This document shows, in pieces, positions 62,848 to 63,768 of a stretch of DNA of 63,768 bases. Position 1 is the first letter of the stretch. Every line of letters starts with the position of its first letter. The stretch is from Chloroflexota bacterium (GTDB lineage Bacteria > Chloroflexota > Dehalococcoidia > Lucifugimonadales > UBA3495). Under the pieces are notes generated by a model. The model did no database searches, was not told the DNA's origin, and saw only the letters and a list, made by a program, of their open reading frames with translations. A program made the translations under genes and the position numbers. The stretch covers positions 1 through 63,768 of the forward strand of contig JADFFS010000001.1 in assembly GCA_022568195.1 (NCBI GenBank), given 5' to 3'.

Positions 62848-63768
62848 TTAGGGTGTGGGACTCATTATTCGGCCAGCCCGTATTTCAGGTATAGATCGAC
62901 CCTGCTTGAACCCTGTAATAACTAAATCTGCCTCACCTGATTTGACCGGCTCCTTCAAGTTGAAAAGCGGCAGAAACTCAGATCTCGGTTTAATTCCAAC
63001 GACCTCAGCATTTTTCATATCGACGTACACAGCGTCGAGCATCATTGTTAGCAACTGATGGCGCTCTTCCTTCGTTGCCATCGTCCAGGCTTCAATTAAG
63101 CCTTCGATGTGGTCCCCCAACTGGACTAACTGGGCATCTACCGGCGATTGAACGGCTGTAAGTGCCGCTTTCGTCAGGCTCATCTCTCTTTCGTACTCTC
63201 GTTGGTCTATATCGCCCTCTCTGTACTGTTGCTTGATCCGTTTTAGCTTTTCTTCAAGGCGATGCCGCTCAGTATCTGTCTGGGCCCGTTCTTCGCCAGA
63301 GTTAAGGTAATCTAAAACCAGTTCCCTCCAGGACTCAGGCAGCGTTAGATTCTCGATGATCTTTGATATTTGTTCATCTAAGACGTGGACCCGATGATAA
63401 GCTTTACCGTTGGGGCACCTGATGCCCCGTGCCGAATTTTCCTCCCTATAGTATTCATAACCATTGATGTGCTGAGCCCATATTTTCCCGCCACAGCTGA
63501 CACAGCGCAAAAGCCCTTTGAGAAGATAGGTCCTGTGGTTAGAGGCGTGTGTAGAGGGACCTATGTAGTGCTCTTTGCGCATTCGCTTTGCGGTGTCGAA
63601 GAGTTCTTGGGTAATAATCGCTGAGTGTTTACCGGTAAGCAACTCTCCCTTGTATTTGACCATGCCAAGGTAGAAGGCGTTCTTGAGCAGGTCTCTCACC
63701 GAGTCTCTCGTCCAGATGTAATTGCGCTCTTTCCTATCACGTCTTCGGACTTTCGGTTTGTGCTCTGT
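62848..63768 (-). CDS. Large serine recombinase, C-terminal part (gene runs off the window)
   Basis: IWTRDSVRDLLKNAFYLGMVKYKG (recombinase domain), LLRCVSCGGKIWAQ....C (zinc beta-ribbon) and a coiled-coil tail. The frame is open to position 63768. Clearly AT-richer by eye. Confidence 0.8.
   Translation of the reverse strand, partial: TEHKPKVRRRDRKERNYIWTRDSVRDLLKNAFYLGMVKYKGELLTGKHSAIITQELFDTAKRMRKEHYIGPSTHASNHRTYLLKGLLRCVSCGGKIWAQHINGYEYYREENSARGIRCPNGKAYHRVHVLDEQISKIIENLTLPESWRELVLDYLNSGEERAQTDTERHRLEEKLKRIKQQYREGDIDQREYEREMSLTKAALTAVQSPVDAQLVQLGDHIEGLIEAWTMATKEERHQLLTMMLDAVYVDMKNAEVVGIKPRSEFLPLFNLKEPVKSGEADLVITGFKQGRSIPEIRAGRIMSPTP

Noticed and set aside
1-63768. CRISPR arrays, rRNA genes, reverse transcriptases/retrons, cas or other canonical defence operons
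   Set aside because: Reading both strands, I saw no regularly spaced direct repeats with unique spacers, no rRNA-like sequence and no RT, Cas or restriction-modification methylase signatures. The only tandem repeats are the short ones listed as features.

Overview
This is a 63.8-kb, visibly GC-rich bacterial chromosomal segment. It is densely coding on both strands, with about 65 protein genes and one tRNA. I found no rRNA and no CRISPR array.

Backbone genes:
- Housekeeping: recA-recX, rny-ymdB, dnaJ-prmA, alaS-ruvX, ribH, two plsY paralogues and tRNA-Gln.
- An inositol-lipid cluster: ino1, a PimA-like GT4 and a CDP-alcohol phosphatidyltransferase.
- A hemA-led anaerobic cobalamin block: cbiC-X-D-T-L-F-G-H.
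- A MoxR/DUF58/DUF4129 operon.
- A Tes/MJ0619-like radical SAM gene paired with a methyltransferase.
- Three MFS transporters.
- A catabolic block: FAH, alpha/beta hydrolase, LLM oxidoreductase, HpcH aldolase and amidohydrolase.

The gene content (RNase Y/YmdB, LLM/F420 enzymes, family III CoA-transferase, many MFS transporters) suggests Chloroflexota, perhaps SAR202-like. That is inference only.

Accessory and unusual material:
- Four toxin-antitoxin modules: BrnTA, Phd-VapC, HicAB and one frameshifted pair.
- A small islet abutting the 3' end of tRNA-Gln.
- An orphan wHTH + PD-(D/E)XK gene beside a truncated IMPase gene.
- A GxxExxY nuclease-fold cassette, bracketed by inverted repeats, wedged between cbiG and cbiH.
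- A family of about 90-110-bp palindromic intergenic elements (three copies), plus two other short repeat types.
- A perfect 45-bp in-frame duplication in the recA tail.
- A frameshifted STAND-LuxR regulator.
- A partial large serine recombinase at the AT-richer right edge.

The most interesting call is a glutaredoxin-like ORF whose TGA is followed by two codons, a TAA and a hairpin. That is the pattern of a C-terminal Sec-x-x-stop selenoprotein.

I did not find a clear-cut multi-gene system that is wholly novel. The candidates are listed with honest uncertainty. All family assignments come from motif recognition by eye. No searches were run and no GC values were computed.
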